A stretch of 61,564 nt of DNA, counting the filler, from Piptocephalis cylindrospora (Eukaryota), in the NCBI GenBank assembly GCA_003614145.1. It is 9 parts of 9 records of this genome, joined end to end, with 100 filler letters (N's around TTAATTAATTAA, not from the genome) between each part and the next. Parts side by side here need not be neighbours in the genome. Positions count along the whole stretch, not along the records: positions 34,318 to 41,058 come from KZ988259.1; positions 41,159 to 47,899 come from KZ988260.1; positions 48,000 to 54,733 come from KZ988261.1; 6 more parts are not named here. The stretch is one strand, 5' to 3'. A program made the position numbers and the translations under genes. How positions within the stretch are numbered: the stretch's first letter is position 1; each line of letters starts with the position of its first letter. Below are positions 37,022 through 51,100 of this stretch, piece after piece. The notes beneath the pieces are model-generated. The model was not told where the DNA came from, searched no databases, and saw nothing but the letters and a program-made list of their open reading frames with translations.

Positions 37022-38253
37022 CGGCAGAGAGGACGGATGTGGTGAGGAGAGACGGGTGTGAGGAAAGGATGGTGTAAGCTAGACTGGCCCCCGGAAATAA
37101 TATGGGTAAAGATGGCTTCATGGTCCTGACCTTCTCATCTTTGGGCCCTCTCCCCACTGACGCCTTACTGGGCTGGCGCTTTGCCTCCGTCCTCCGCCAT
37201 GCTCACTGGTTATCGCTCCCTTTCTCGCCCCTTTGAGCCGCATGGGGCATTAAAATTTCCCATAGGATTTGCGAAAAACGAACATTTTATCCTGGAATTG
37301 ACATATAGGGCAGATGTGTTCCCATGATGCAAGATTGGTTATGTGCTTTTTCTTTTTTATATCAAAGCTAGACTAAACGACACCCCCAAAGGGCCTTCTA
37401 ATATATATAAGTGAGTTTTTAGGAATAAAGTAAATGGCCAAACAATTATTTCTATGACTTCACCGTGCTACAGTCCAAGTACTTGGGTACCATCCTCATC
37501 GCATGGATCCTGCAGCATGCGCTAGATCCTTGATCTTCACTCACTCTCTTCATCCTCCTTCGAGGAAGAATGGTATTATCGATATAATGATGGCTAAAGA
37601 CTCATTCGACAGCGGTGTAGGCCATTTTTACCTAAACGTCGATATTGTCTTCTTTTACTTATTTACTGGGGCACAGGTTTAATTCAATTCAAAAATGATA
37701 ATAATAGGAGATCATTCACCTTTCTCACCATCCTTACGAAAACATGCGTCTCCTAATGAGGTTGCCTCCCAGGGCAGGGCATAATCGATCTACCTTTTTC
37801 CCATCCTCCTATCCCTTTTCCCCCTGGAAAAACACCCTGGGTCCTAGACATTTCCTCACCTGTCATCGGTAAGGCTATTCAGGGGTGGGTGGTGAATTTG
37901 ATGATTGTCTTCAGCCCTTCCTTCTTTCCAAGATTCTCGCCCTCACAGACCGCCTAGATTTGTTCTGCCTATACCCATCCCCTCCCTTCACCTCATGTGC
38001 TCTACCCGATTTCTTTTCCCCATCCCACAGCCTACACACATACAGCCACCGACTGAGTTGACTTGGACACACAGTCAGATAGGTACATTGAGACCCAGCT
38101 TCTCCGACTCTCCTTTTCCTTCTTTTCCTTAATCATCACCACCTCCAAAGACAACATCTTTTCTTACTCTTTTCCCCCCCCCCCCCCTTCTCTCCCCATT
38201 TTTCTTCCCCACCTCCTCCTCCTCCCCCACCGTCCAACCCCTTCTTTCTCTCT

Positions 38254-38297
<44 letters not shown>

Positions 38298-38624
38298 ACA
38301 CAACGAAGCAGTCCTGAGATTACGAGTATAGCGTGTGGCTTGCTAGTCTGTTGCTTGCGTGTGCGTGAATTGCTCTCGTGTTCCCGGAAGCCCTTTTGAC
38401 AACGAACTTCTCTTCTGCTCGTCTATCCGGATTCATCTAGGCGAGCTTTGACACATATTTTGAATCATCCAGGGGTATTGACCATTCATCACCAGTTTCT
38501 GACCCAAAGAAAAGTGCCTTGCCTCTGCTCAGTGGACCCAGACCATTAGACTATCGATCTCACTCCTTCCCTCGTACTGATATTCATCGTTCTTTGATCC
38601 CGGTACCAACTCTCTCCAATTATC

Positions 38625-40953
38625 ATGGCCCGGCCTGCTTCCTCCTCCGCCCCAACATATCCTCGATCGACCACCACTTCCTCGGCCTCGGTCTCTTCCC
38701 CCCATCTAGCTCAGCCCACTCCGGTGGCCAGCTCATCGCATGATCGTCAGTTGCACCTTTTGACGGCCCTACGTCAATCCGAGGATGATAGACTCTCTCT
38801 GGAGGGGGTGCGTGGATCTATCCTCTCACCTACGTCCGCTGATCCTTCTCCACAGACTCAGTTGCCCCCCTCAGGCCGTAATCGTACGCCTAGTAGCATC
38901 AGCTCACGTACCACTCATTCGGCTTCTTCCCTCTCCTCCTACTCATCCTCTTCATCCTCCTCACTTCCCCTCGATGCCTTTCTATCCGAGGATCCCTCGT
39001 TAGACCCTGAGGCTTCCGCTAGAGAAATGATGGCGTTCCGACAGGAGCTGGGTCATGTCCATGACCCAGAAACTCTGCGTCAACTCATCTTGGATCGAGA
39101 GAGGGACCTGCGTCAAGCGGCTCTCATTGGCCTCTCGCTAACTCGACGACATCAGGAGATGGAGATGAGGCTATCGGAACTGGCCGAGGAAGGCTATCTC
39201 CCTCCCCCAGAGGATATCCTTCCTCCCTTCCCCTCCTGCTCTTCCCCCCCCATCGGGCACTCCTCCCTCCTAAGCTCACGAGATGAGAGCTTTGAAGTTG
39301 GGTCCGAGGAATGGTCCTCCCATGGCCCTCCTGCTCCATCAGCGGCGGTAGGGGCTGCAGAAGGGCCCAACATTCCTCAGTCCCCCAGACTTCAGGCGCC
39401 TGATCAACCTCAATCCCCCAGACTCCAGGCCCCACACCCCTTCTCCGTGCTGAGAGCAGCCTCCCGCTCCCCTCGGTACCCAAGGTCCGTTCCCTCACCT
39501 ATTGGGTCTCCCTCTCCCTCGGCAGACACCTCCTGGAATGGGCTGGGTGATGGAGGTCTAACCCCGTTGAGCCCTCGGTCCCCGTCGGCACGACACCTAG
39601 TTAATTCAATGGGCCGAGGAGGTGCAGGGAGACATAGACCGGGTCGACGCCAATCGGTGGGACATGGTGGGGGAGGTACATCTGGAGCCGAGGAGGTAGA
39701 TTACGTGGAGGTCGCTGATCTACACTTCCGGTCGATCAACCGGCAAAATGCCGAATTACGTCGGGAGCTCGAGGCGTTTCGGGAGGAATTTCAAACCTTT
39801 CGTAAGGAGCTTTCTACAGTCAATGGTCGGATTGACGATCTTTCCCGGGATATTACAGACCAGCGGAAACGAGGAAACGCGGATTCCCGACGGCTCGGAG
39901 ATATGGAGGGGGATCTAGCTGAGGCGGCCGGAGCCGTTGATCATCTCAAAACCCAGTTTCTCCTCGTCAAGGATGGTCAACGTGCTCATGTTTCTGATAC
40001 CAAGGGTGCTGTAAAAGAGGCTGTCATTGGGATGCGAAAGGTAAGTGGGGGGTGCATAGGGTCGCTTGAACTCGAAATGATGACCTAACCCCCCCTCCCC
40101 CTCAATGTAGTCAACGCAAATCATCGAAGTCCTCAGAGGAGAAGTGGGCCACCTATCACAGAGACAATTGTATGCCGAGGAAAGGATCAGTGCGCTGATT
40201 GAGGAGTATACGGCATTGCTTCAGAATGCCCAAAATACCATATTTACCCTAAATGAAAGCCGACTCGAGGCCGAACTGGAGCTAGAGCGTATGTCTTTCC
40301 CTGGTGGGGCAGGCAGGGAGGGCTTTCAAGGAGAACCCCTCCATGAGATCTTCCCCTCCCTGGACCTCTCCAACTCCACCTTTCCTTTAGAAGACGGATC
40401 CAAAGCCTCATCCACCCTTGCCCCCTCCTCTTCGACCTCTCCCTCCATCACCTCTACTTCCACTCAGACCAGTCCGTTGATGCAAAGGCAACTCTCAGGC
40501 AGTCGCCGGGACCGTACCATGAGTCTTCTTGGTGGATGGAGTGTCCTTGATGACCTACGTCGACCATCCATGGGCCTCAAGCTTCTTTTACGGGACCCCC
40601 TGGCCCAAACCCTCTATGGTGGATGGGGCGAGATGGCCGGAGAGGTGGGAGAGGTAACCTCTTCGGGTAGTCACAGGCTCACCACTTCGGGTCACCGGGC
40701 TACCTCTCCCCTTCCCCGACCGTCCTCAGCATCCTCGGCCCGATCCCGTTCTTTTTCCGCTTCTCCATCGCCCACTCCCTCCTCTACCTCCACTGCATCC
40801 TCTTCACACGATGGGGATCGACCTGCCTCAACCGTCCGTATCCTTCATGCTTACACCAAGGTGCCTTCGCCTTCCCCACCTGCCTCCTCCACATCTTCCT
40901 CCCCCAATCCCTCTACCTCGTTCTCCCCATCTTTGCCTCCTACCTTAGAGTAA
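38625..40953 (+). CDS. Ser/Pro-rich coiled-coil protein with a HAP1_N/CC1-box-like motif
   Basis: Exons 38625-40040 and 40111-40953 join in frame (GTAAGT..TGTAG). Contains LILDRERDLRQAALIGLSL and long heptad stretches. Confidence 0.7.
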
Positions 40954-41058
40954 TGATCTGTCCGTGGGTCTCTGTGCCATCAATCGATCCTTTGTTTCAC
41001 CTTCACCCCCCCCCCCCCCCCCCCCCCCCCCCCACCCCCCCCCCCCCCCCCACCCCCC

Positions 41059-41158
41059 NNNNNNNNNNNNNNNNNNNNNNNNNNNNNNNNNNNNNNNNNN
41101 NNTTAATTAATTAANNNNNNNNNNNNNNNNNNNNNNNNNNNNNNNNNNNNNNNNNNNN
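41059..41158. other. Artificial contig linker
   Basis: N44-TTAATTAATTAA-N44. Confidence 0.98.
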
Positions 41159-42177
41159 ACCCGAGCAGCAATGCCCTGGGAGATGACGGCGAGACGGAAA
41201 AAGGCAAAAGACTTTTCAAACTCCCAGTCTTTGATAGGCCATCGGCGACGGGTGAGATGACAGTAGTGTCGTTGGAGATCGGCCTCCTCGGGTACGGGCA
41301 GGGGATGAAGGTCACGGAGAGAGGTAGGGAGGGAGGGGAGGAGACCCGAGGGGGAAGAAAAAGGCTGAAGAAGATTAGCCAGATCCGAAAGCGGGTGGCC
41401 GAGGGTGGAAAGTTCCCAATCCAGGATACCGATGAGACGGGGTTCGGTGGGGTGGAAAACGAGGTTGTCGATCTTGTAATCTCCATGGACAATAGTGCAT
41501 TGGTCCTGTGCAGCATTCTTATCATACCAGGCCATAAGATCATCTAGGCGGGGCAATGGGCCTACGGGGGCGCCGGTAGACTTGTCAACGACACGGGCCT
41601 GGGCATCGGATACCTTGGAGAGAGAACGTTTCTGACGAGCGTAGTAATTGGCCGGGGGTCCGTAGGACTCGAGGCCGACATCCCGGGGGGAGACCTGATG
41701 AAGGAGGGCGAGGACAGAGACGGCCTCGTACCACAAGGCAAAGCGTTCCTGATGAGGCAGAGAGGGAAGGGAGACGTCAGAGAAGATGCGGCCCTTGAGG
41801 AACTCCATGACATAAAAGGGCGTGCCGAGGATCGAGGTATCCTCGCAAAGATGATAGACCTTGGGAACAGGGACCTTGGTGTGCTGGCCCAAGGCGTGGA
41901 TGATGCGGTATTCACGTTCGACGGCGTGGGCCGTGGCCGAGAGCAGAGAGCCTGGGGGCTTCTTTCGCACGACGTACTTCTCACCGGTGGCCGAGAGGAG
42001 GAGAAAGGTAGGGTTGGATTGACCCAGGGAAAACTGAGAAACATTGAGAGGACCAGTCAAATTCGGGATATAAGGCTTAAGATAGGTGAGAAGGCCGTCA
42101 AGGTCCAGGTCATTTCCTGGTCGGATGGCCGTCGTGCTCTGACCAGGCTCTGAGGTGAGGGGCTTTCCGCTGGGCAT
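41159..42177 (-). CDS. APH-family phosphotransferase (ACAD10/11 N-terminal kinase-like), 3' partial
   Basis: QFSLGQSNPTF, RKKPPGSLLSATAHAVEREY, GTPFYVMEFLKGRIF, VHGDYKIDNLVFHPTEP, ILDWELSTLGHPLSDLA. Confidence 0.92.
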
Positions 42178-42810
42178 TGTTCGGGGAAGTTGGATGGCTG
42201 GGATGAGAAGGAGGAAGGGAGAAGAGGAAGAGTGGCGTTGGTTTGAGCATGACCAGGTCTACATGGGTCTGGCTAATCTTGTGCTCTTTTACCCCAAGGT
42301 GGTGGTCCTGCTGGGACAGTTTCTGGCGCTCATCGTGGGACGTGTGTCCGACACGTTCGGGAAGAGAAAGCCGAAGGATCCGGATACTGGAGTGGGGCTA
42401 GGGAACAAGACTGATCCTGCACAACCCATACATATTCCCAGGTCCCTGTGCTTTATCAAGTGTGGGGAAGGGTCTTGGCGAAAATGGATTGAAAGTGATG
42501 AAATCAGGCATAATTCAATATGAGGCGATATGAGCGATGCAAATCATCCGAATATGGGGCATATTTGACGTTGCTTTTTATATATCTAGGCCAGATATGG
42601 AGGGAAATGAGCCGTCTCTTCTTGGGGGCGGCGACTTGGTAGTAGTAATGTGGAGTTGGTATCTGCAAAAAAAGGTGAACTTGACAAGCCAGGCCTAAAG
42701 GACAGATATTGTGGTTGATGTCGCGTCGAAAACGACGTCCTACCAGATTCACTCGACCACCTTCCTCCATCTGCGCGCATCGTGTACATCTAGAAAGTAA
42801 CAAGAACAGG

Positions 42811-45336
42811 ATGTGTCGTTTCTTGATTGTCCCTACGACCCGTTTATTCGGGGCGTCTCGGTTGGGCCTCGGTGGTATCTCAGGGCCTTGCTTGGCCTCT
42901 AGTACCTTGACCGGATGGTCCCGTAGAGGTCTGGCGACACAAGGTCCCCCTGATCCTTCTCCAGAGGATTCCTCTGACAGCTCCTCAAAGGATACTTCAG
43001 TCACAGATAAAAAAAAAGCACGGCCGAGAAAAAAGAAAGCTCTGGAGCCCATGTCGTCGGAGACCAAGGGTAGGATTGAGTCGTTGACTCATACGCTACT
43101 TAAGAAGGGGGTGGCGGATAATGAGGCGATTGAGGCGTTTAAACCAAAGACGACCTTGTCACCGCTTCAACGGGCCAGCTTTGTGGAGAAAATCCAGGCT
43201 GCATTTATGCGGACTCAGCTTCTGGATTACATTGTCTCTAAGGGCCGGGTGCCACGGGGGAACAAGCCAGCACTCGCCAAGATGATCATGGAGATTTGGC
43301 AGGGGGCATTGCCCAGTCGGGCAGGACTACAAGAGAAGCCCAAGGCGTGGGAGATGGACATGAGCGATGAGGCACTTCGGATACGTCGTTCAGGCAACAC
43401 CGAATGGGTGGATATGAGTAGTCGGGAGCTTTTCTTCCTCCAAGCCCAGGATCGGACTCTAGCACGGCATCTCGAGGTGACATTTCAAGTCCAGCTGACG
43501 CCATTTCCGGATAGGGGGATGTTGGAGGTGACGGGGACTCCCAAGGCTATCCGGGAGGTGCTTCGCGCATCCAATGATTCCTTGGTGAGTGGTTGGTATT
43601 TCTTTGGTGGCAAGACGGAGGGTGGGGGATTGTGTACTCATGGTACTTGATTATCGGGGATAGAAATACTTTGTCTTTTCCATGCCCGTCCCCCTAGACG
43701 CCTCTCAAACCTTGGAGGGAATGTGGGAGGGGATGATGGATGCCTCTGGTGCTCATCTTTCCCTAGAATCGGATGGCCAGGTGAGTAAAAGGGGTGAGAA
43801 TGATGATGGAAATGCCTGGGCGCCGAAAGTGTACTCATGGTTCACTTTAGCTGGAGATTGCCGGGAGACACCGACAGGACATTGCAACGGCCAAGCGCAT
43901 GGTGGAGGAAGCCTTGTCGATGGTAAGGGCTCTGAATGACTTATTCTCATTCTCATTCTCTTAAAACCCCTCTCTTATGATCATGCAGTACTCCAAGAGA
44001 TCGTCAGAGCCTTTACTGGTGTATGAAAGTGATCCCTGTGACAGAGCTACATACGGATTCCTGCCAATTCAGGATGACCAGGCTATGTCCCTTTTCCAGA
44101 GTACATCGAATCCTCAGCGACTTTCCCTTGTAAGCAGGATGGGTGGGATCGAGGAGGATAAGGCTCAGAAAGATGAGGGATCCGTTGAGATTATCGATGC
44201 ATCGAATTCGGCGGTCTTAGACCATGTGCTTTTCCTAGAACCTTCCGCCGAGTAAGTGGTGAGGTGATCTGTTCCTCAAGGTCATTCTTGCTCATTTTCT
44301 ATCTCCTTGTTATGAATCCAGGGGGACTAGTCATTCGAACGGGGGAATTGTTGATTTTCTATCCTCTCAGTTGGCTTCACCTCACCTGGCCTCTTCATCG
44401 TCTGGGGAGATGATTCAGAGGCTGACGGCAAGGTATGCGGATGAGCATCAAGGAGCTCCTTCTAGTATCCTCATTTCTTCGTCCTTTTCTTAGATTGGGA
44501 ACAGTTTTGTTATTTCAGAAGGGGTTCTTTGGATCCAAGATGGCCCTTTCTCCCAATGCCTCCGATGTTGAAGATTCTTCAGTACGCCGTTCCCAGCTGA
44601 AACATAGTCTCTTGGACTATCACCACACCTTTTTGCCCAAGTAAGTTGACCTCTCCCCATCCGTCTTATCCATCTTGCTCATATGCCGATGAGCGACACT
44701 AGTTACCCGATCTATCCGATTCGCCATAAGTTTATCCGTCTTTTGGATCCGTCTTACCAAGTCACCTTTCACTTTCGCCCCTCCTCCTCCCTCCCCTCCG
44801 AAGAAGGGTCGGCCGCGCTACGGGAAATTCGACTGAGGTGGTCCAGTAAGGAGCATGGGGTCTTGGGGGAGGTGGAAGCCGAGGGTGTCCTGAAAGGAGG
44901 GGTGGAACGGGATATGGCCATGGTAGCGGGGCCATGGGATTTAAATGTTTCCTCGGAGTTCATTCGACCCCTTTCTCTCCCCGCTGACACACTTACCCGG
45001 TTCAAGGAAGGATGTCAATGGCTGGAGACGGGGGGGGTTCTTGGGCCCCGGAGAATTTCGCTTCCTGTGGAGCAGGGCGAGGGAGAGGAGGAGTGGGCCT
45101 TGGACCGTACCATCCTCACCCGCGAGGAGATTTTTCCCTTGGACAAGTACATCCTTCGTGCTCATCGCTCCCAGGAGATGGAGTCCATGACGGAGTGGGA
45201 GGAGGTGGTCATGCATGGTGACCGAGTTATCTCCCCGGTGGAAGAAGAAGAGCATGAGGCAACCGGGTCGTCAGACAAGGGCCAAGACCTTGACTTTGTG
45301 GAAGCTCTGATCCGTCTGGGTCAGCATGGTCGGTAG
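42811..45336 (+). CDS. Multi-exon mitochondrial protein, possibly SLS1-like
   Basis: Presequence-like N-terminus; AAFMRTQLLDYI..KPALAKMIMEIW resembles SLS1_N; a KH-like segment follows. Canonical introns join ORFs through 45336. Family assignment is weak. Confidence 0.45.
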
Positions 45337-46382
45337 ACACCGATGGGACAGGGAGGAACTTAATATCCTGATGGCTATTTTATCATCATCATTGCATGTG
45401 AATTGCCTATAAGCCATTCCTGGTTGAAGGCACGTTTTATGATCTGCAAGGAGATTATTCAGCGCACAAGCAGAAGGGGATACTGATTCATCTTGATGCA
45501 GGGAGCTATGGCATGTTTCTGCGCGCATAGTTATAGAAGATGCATGTGGATTCTTGCCCTTCCCCAGTCTCTTACTCATCCTTTGATGTCATGAGTCAGG
45601 CAAATGACCTATTGAAGAGAATTGACTATTCTTGGCTACGTTGTTATTGTTGCTTATCCCCAAGATGTGCTCTCAGAGATAAGTCGTCCTCCTTGTGTAG
45701 TCTAGCCCGAAGATCGCTGCTCCCTTCTTCGTCGTGGTGGTCATAGTCGTTCTTCCCTGAAAACTTTCATTCCAGGTTCGACAAACCCCCTCTTTGTTTC
45801 CTCCTACTCCCCCCCTCCGTCCAATTCAGTAGCCCTATTCCATGTCACATGCCTCCTGGATCATTGGCAGGGGAGATGAGAGGGCACAGCATCACTGTCG
45901 GATCTTGAATGATGGGGCAGGCGGGCCGGGGATCTGATGACTTTCAGCCCCCGCCTACACAGCACACTGCATCCTCCCACACACACTGACCCAGAGAGCT
46001 CTCTGACCCAGAGGATACTGTGACCAAGTCCCGCGCCCTCTCCGCCCCCTACAAAGCCTCCTCTCCGATTCGACCTTGGTCATCCTTCCATCTCACATAC
46101 GCTCTCAGCCAGACAGTGACTTTTCCTCTCTCCCTTCCCTCCCTCTCCCTCCCTTACCTTCCACCTCACCAAGCCCTGGCTTCCGTGGATACTTTGAATC
46201 GCAAGCATCATCTTTGCTAAGAGGTCTTTTCTTGATATTTTCCATCCTCTTTCTTTCTTTCCTCCACTTTTTCTCCCTTTTTTTCTGTCATCTTTTCCTT
46301 CCTTTCAGCTCTGATTCCACCTTTTCCCGGCATCCTTGCATCCTCCTCCTTTTCCTCCTCAATAATCATCAAGTCTTTCCTG

Positions 46383-47019
46383 ATGGGTCAGTCTTCCTCC
46401 ACCCTCATTCATACCATCACCCCGCACAAGCGGCGATCAGCGGGTGCAAGGCCAAAGTCTACCTCAGTTCTTGAATCTCCCTCCTCTCCCTCAAAGTCCC
46501 GGGTGGGGGCCAGGAAGGGGAAGAGATATAGTCAACGGGTGAGCAAATTATCCATTGGAGCTCCCACCAACTTTCAGGTCAGTGTGTGCCGGAAGGGATG
46601 GAGTGGCCTGGCTCTTCCCATCACTTTATCACATTCATTTCCTCATTTCATTTCCCCGTCCAATTAGCATACCGCTCACATGGGCGCCGATGATATGGCC
46701 GAGTCCATGATGGATGTAAGTTCATTTCATATCCTCCTTCCTCCATTTCCCTCATCCTCCCTTCCCTGCAACATAGGCTAATAAGTTAAGGACACAAATG
46801 GCCCAGGTTACGGCTTTACTCGTCTTGGAAGATGGATCCCCCACATCCCCTCCCAGTGAGCCTCGTATGCCCACTTTCCCTCTCAGAGAAGGGGACAAGG
46901 CCCTGAGGAGGAGTCTTCCTCCCCCCACTTCCTCTTCCCTTGACCGTCCTCATTCCACCGGGTCTTCCCTAGGCGGCAGTGATTTCGCTCATTCACATCG
47001 GGAAATCCTCTTGACCTAA
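46383..47019 (+). CDS. Small CRIB-domain protein (CDC42 small effector-like) with predicted N-myristoylation
   Basis: Exons 46383-46577, 46668-46715 and 46777-47019 give 161 aa. N-terminus MGQSSS; CRIB SIGAPTNFQ|HTAHMG is split by an intron. Confidence 0.8.
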
Positions 47020-47899
47020 TTGGTCCGTCCTCCCATTTCTCCATCTCCCCTTAGGCGTGTATTCGAGGAGTAGGTCTATTCTATCCAAATCTCTCTATGC
47101 GTGCGCGCGAGAGAGGATGAAGAGTAGGAGCTCCTCTTTTCTTTATCCAAGCTGATCTGTGTAGTTGCATGCATCATTAAATTGTATGCTTGCTTCTCTG
47201 TGTGGACGCAGATGGGGTTAGTCTGGTGGTATTATTGTAACATGGAGATGATGGCCCCTCATGCTTTCTTGGTCTTTCCATGGCGATGTGGGGGTGAGTC
47301 AAGCATGCGCGTATTCAAGGAGAAGCAGATCTATCCTCATCGTCGCTCGCTCAAGTTTCCTTTCCTTTCTTTTCCATTTTTTCTTTTCCTTCCTTCATCA
47401 TTTCCCATCCAATAAACCGATACTCCCTCTTTGTTCCTCTGTCTTTCCTCTCTTCGTTGAATGATAATTCATGGTGAATGAACCATGTGCGTATACAAGC
47501 AGGCACGAACGAACGGAAAGGGGGATAGATGGATGTGTATGAGGATAGAATGGGATGAGAAAGAGGGGAGGAGGGAGGATAAGACCATTCTCCCCTCTCC
47601 CATCTCAACACCGAGATAAAACACACATGGGACAGCACACACACAAATTCGCTCACTCAAACAGGAGATATCACTCCATCAGCCGATAAAGAGGGGATAC
47701 AAAAAGGACACACACACACACACACATGGGAATAATCAATCTCTGGGACCGTTCATCTTTCGACGTAAGCCCTGTCTCATCTGTAAGATGCTTGCTACCA
47801 CTGAAAGGGGAGGGTAAGTCATTCATCTCTTCTCACTCTAACAAACCAGCAAAGAAAACTTACACTTCTCAACCTCCATCCTTTCCCCCTCGACAAGGT

Positions 47900-47999
47900 N
47901 NNNNNNNNNNNNNNNNNNNNNNNNNNNNNNNNNNNNNNNNNNNTTAATTAATTAANNNNNNNNNNNNNNNNNNNNNNNNNNNNNNNNNNNNNNNNNNNN
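47900..47999. other. Artificial contig linker
   Basis: N44-TTAATTAATTAA-N44. Confidence 0.98.
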
Positions 48000-48193
48000 C
48001 ACTTCATCACTTGTCGCGTCCTGGTAGTCTTCGCGTGTCAGCATAAAAGAGGATTGGAATGGTGAACTAAATCTCAGACAGTCCTTCTCTAGTCCATCCA
48101 CCCACGTACAGGCCATCCTTTCCATCCTCTTTCTCTCTTTCATCCTCTCTACGGCGCGCTCCTTGCGACTTCATACTGCTTTCCCCCCCCCAG

Positions 48194-51100
48194 CCTGATT
48201 GTTCGGCAGTCTGGTCGATAGCCCTGCAGCTCGAATCGTTCGCTGTAGCCTCCTGTTGTCTACTCGCATGCAAACCAATCAGTCCCCCCCTCTTGGCAAC
48301 CCGGAGCATCGCCTTCCGCCTCTTCTATTGGAGTTAGCTTGCCTTGTCCCAGGATGGACTGAATCCGCGGATATTCGTGTTCAAAGGTAAGGATGTTCCT
48401 TCTAATCACACTTTTCACCGTTGGGTCGGAGACATATGCCTGGGACTCTAAGAACGACCGTGTTGGTTGGGTATTTCTAGTATTTGTTTTTTTATACTGT
48501 ATTCATGCCTTTTCTTCATATACCCACGATTGAGGATTTTTAGGGAGGCGCTTTATACTGCAGTGAATAGGCGGCCATCGTTAAAACGGATCATATGTCC
48601 AAGGCTACTCGAGTGCCGTAGGCACCTGGATGCTGCTATCGACTTTGCTCAGGATAGTGCCATCGATCTAGTACGTATTTAGGTTTGTGAGGGGCTTCTA
48701 ACGAGATCATTTATCGGAAAGATCTTGCCCGGAAGTATTAATCGGGAATTGTGACTTTGGTGCATCGTTCACCCTCGTCTTGAAAACGACAAAAAAAACG
48801 ACTTACAGCCCTTCGTTGTCATATGGCACATATTTAGTTGACGGTCCTATCCACTATTCTTCCAGACATCCATGTATGGAGGCATGTACATTCCCCCGAG
48901 GCCATGAAGGATTTAGAGGAGTCGGCCCGGGTTGCCCTCTTTCTTCATCTTCCCCACATCAAGGTATTCAACATTGACATCTCGGAGGGTAACAGTAGTA
49001 GTAAAGGACGTTTTAATCAACCCTGCCATTACTCATCACTTTTCTCTTACTAACGTTATAGGATGGGGGCAGGAGAAAGATGTGGCTTCGCTTATTGATC
49101 GGTTGGATAGCCAGCTTTCGTATATCCCTAACGAGAGCGGAGATGGATCAGTGCCGCTCGCTCTTTCAATCCCCTCCCAGCCCTCCAGAGTAAGTTGAAA
49201 GCTCTAATTACCAAGGACATGGCGGATTTCATAGCAATCTACGCTAATTTTTAATGCTTCACTTTATCATTAAGGGCATCCCCGTCCATGAATGACCTTA
49301 TCGCTTGCCTTATGCTCACTTCAGCCTCAGACCTGGAAAAGAACCAAGTACGTCCCAGTAGCCTATGGACTCCATTCATCTTCTCCTGATCATCACTCAT
49401 ATCTCGCTTATCGTTATCTTGTAGATGCTTGCAGGGATGTACGATCAACTTTTGAACAACCACAATTCCATGGGTCTAGCCCTTCTACTTCTCTTCCTTA
49501 TCAAGGAGAGTGCTCAATCCAGCAGTGTACTGAGTGATGTAGAACATCTCTGTAGCCAGGCTTTGGACGTATCTTTTATTCTTGGTAAGAATGGATGTCA
49601 TATATACTTTTCCATCCCTCATGCCCTCTTCCAAAGGATGCTCATTCGTTCTTCCTTGATTACCCTTAGGAGAGGCCAACGTCCATTCCCTTGTCCGCTT
49701 CCTCTCTCAAGTGGATTTTACTCTGGAAAGAGCATCGAAACTTCTAATATCATCTGATTCTATGTTTCCTGAAGGAGTCAAGGTGAGAAGCTTATTTTTT
49801 GAAAGAAAATTTACCCCCCTTTTTCTTTCTTTCCTTTCTATCTCCTCTCACCTCTTCCCCTCCCATCTCCCTAGCTCACCACAATGGGTAGGCTCACAAG
49901 GGGGAAGCTGGCCAACCAAGCGTGTCAAGCGGAGGAGGAGAAGGTCAGGAAATGGATTGGTCGCGTCATCCGGACCCCGCTCGTCCGAGCTTTACCTGTG
50001 TATCGTGTAGAAATTATTTTGCGTTATGGAAGGACCATCCAACGACGCATGACCGCAGCGGAAGGGGTGATGGATGGGGATATACAAATGCTGGAAGAGA
50101 TGGGGGTTCCTGAACTACTTAACGTTCCATCCAATCGGCCCGTGGAATCCCCGGCCATCCTTGCACTCCTTCTCCTCCTCGCCTCTCTCCCTCTCCCTGG
50201 ACATCTACTCTCTCATGGCAATAGTGCTTGGGATTATGGTAAGTGATGGCAGTGTGAGAGAAAGCGAGTAATGGCCACGACGTCGTGCCTCTGCACTCTC
50301 TTAATTATAATGAACACATCCCTGATTACTCTTTCATATCAGTCTCGCTTCTCCGCTCTACCCCGTGCCGCCGGATCATTGGATCCGCCCTTGTTGATTC
50401 TAGATTTTCCGGAAGTTCCTTAGAGCCACTTATGGAGCTATGTTTACGCTGGGTACCTGGTCTATTCTATCCTCGGTCATGTCTACTACACGACGGGAGG
50501 CTAAGGTATGAGTGAGAATGCGTCGAGGTCCCCATGTATGACCGATTATTAATATACCTATGGAATAGAGCTGGAGACAAGGAAGATCTATCCTTACAGG
50601 CATCCAGGATGCAGCGGAGTCTACGACGATCCACCACGCCCATATCGATATCCCAAGTGCTATGCCAGTTGGAGGGGATTATTCGACTGGAGCCTACGGT
50701 TGAGAAAAATGCTCTTCAAACCCTCCTATCCATCCTATTGGGAGTTGAGCGGTAAGTAAACGTGCCTTTTCATTATTCTCCCCTTCCCTCTTTCTCATGC
50801 ACTTTTGGTAGATCCGAGGATACTGAGAAGCGCTTGGCATCCAAGGCCTGGCTAGCTCTCTATGCTTCTCAACCTGACTCAGTCGTTCGATCCTCGCTGT
50901 TCATCTTGTGCGAAGGGAATCCAGAGTAAGTGCAGTGGCTGAGTTCTGCATTGGGAATTTCCCCTCTACTCAATATTAATGCTAATATTCGCTGCTGCAT
51001 CTGTCTTGTAGGATACAGCAGAGTGACTCTATTCTCTGGGATCCATTGTATGTCCTTTCCTTGGATACTCGGTTCTTTCAATGTCCCTGGGCCTTGAGTG

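Noticed and set aside
38255..38297. Long poly-C/G tracts (also 41006-41058 and 54609-54640) as G-quadruplex elements
   Set aside because: Lengths are unreliable. Two lie at or near contig ends, and the sequence after the poly-G looks like low-quality read tail.
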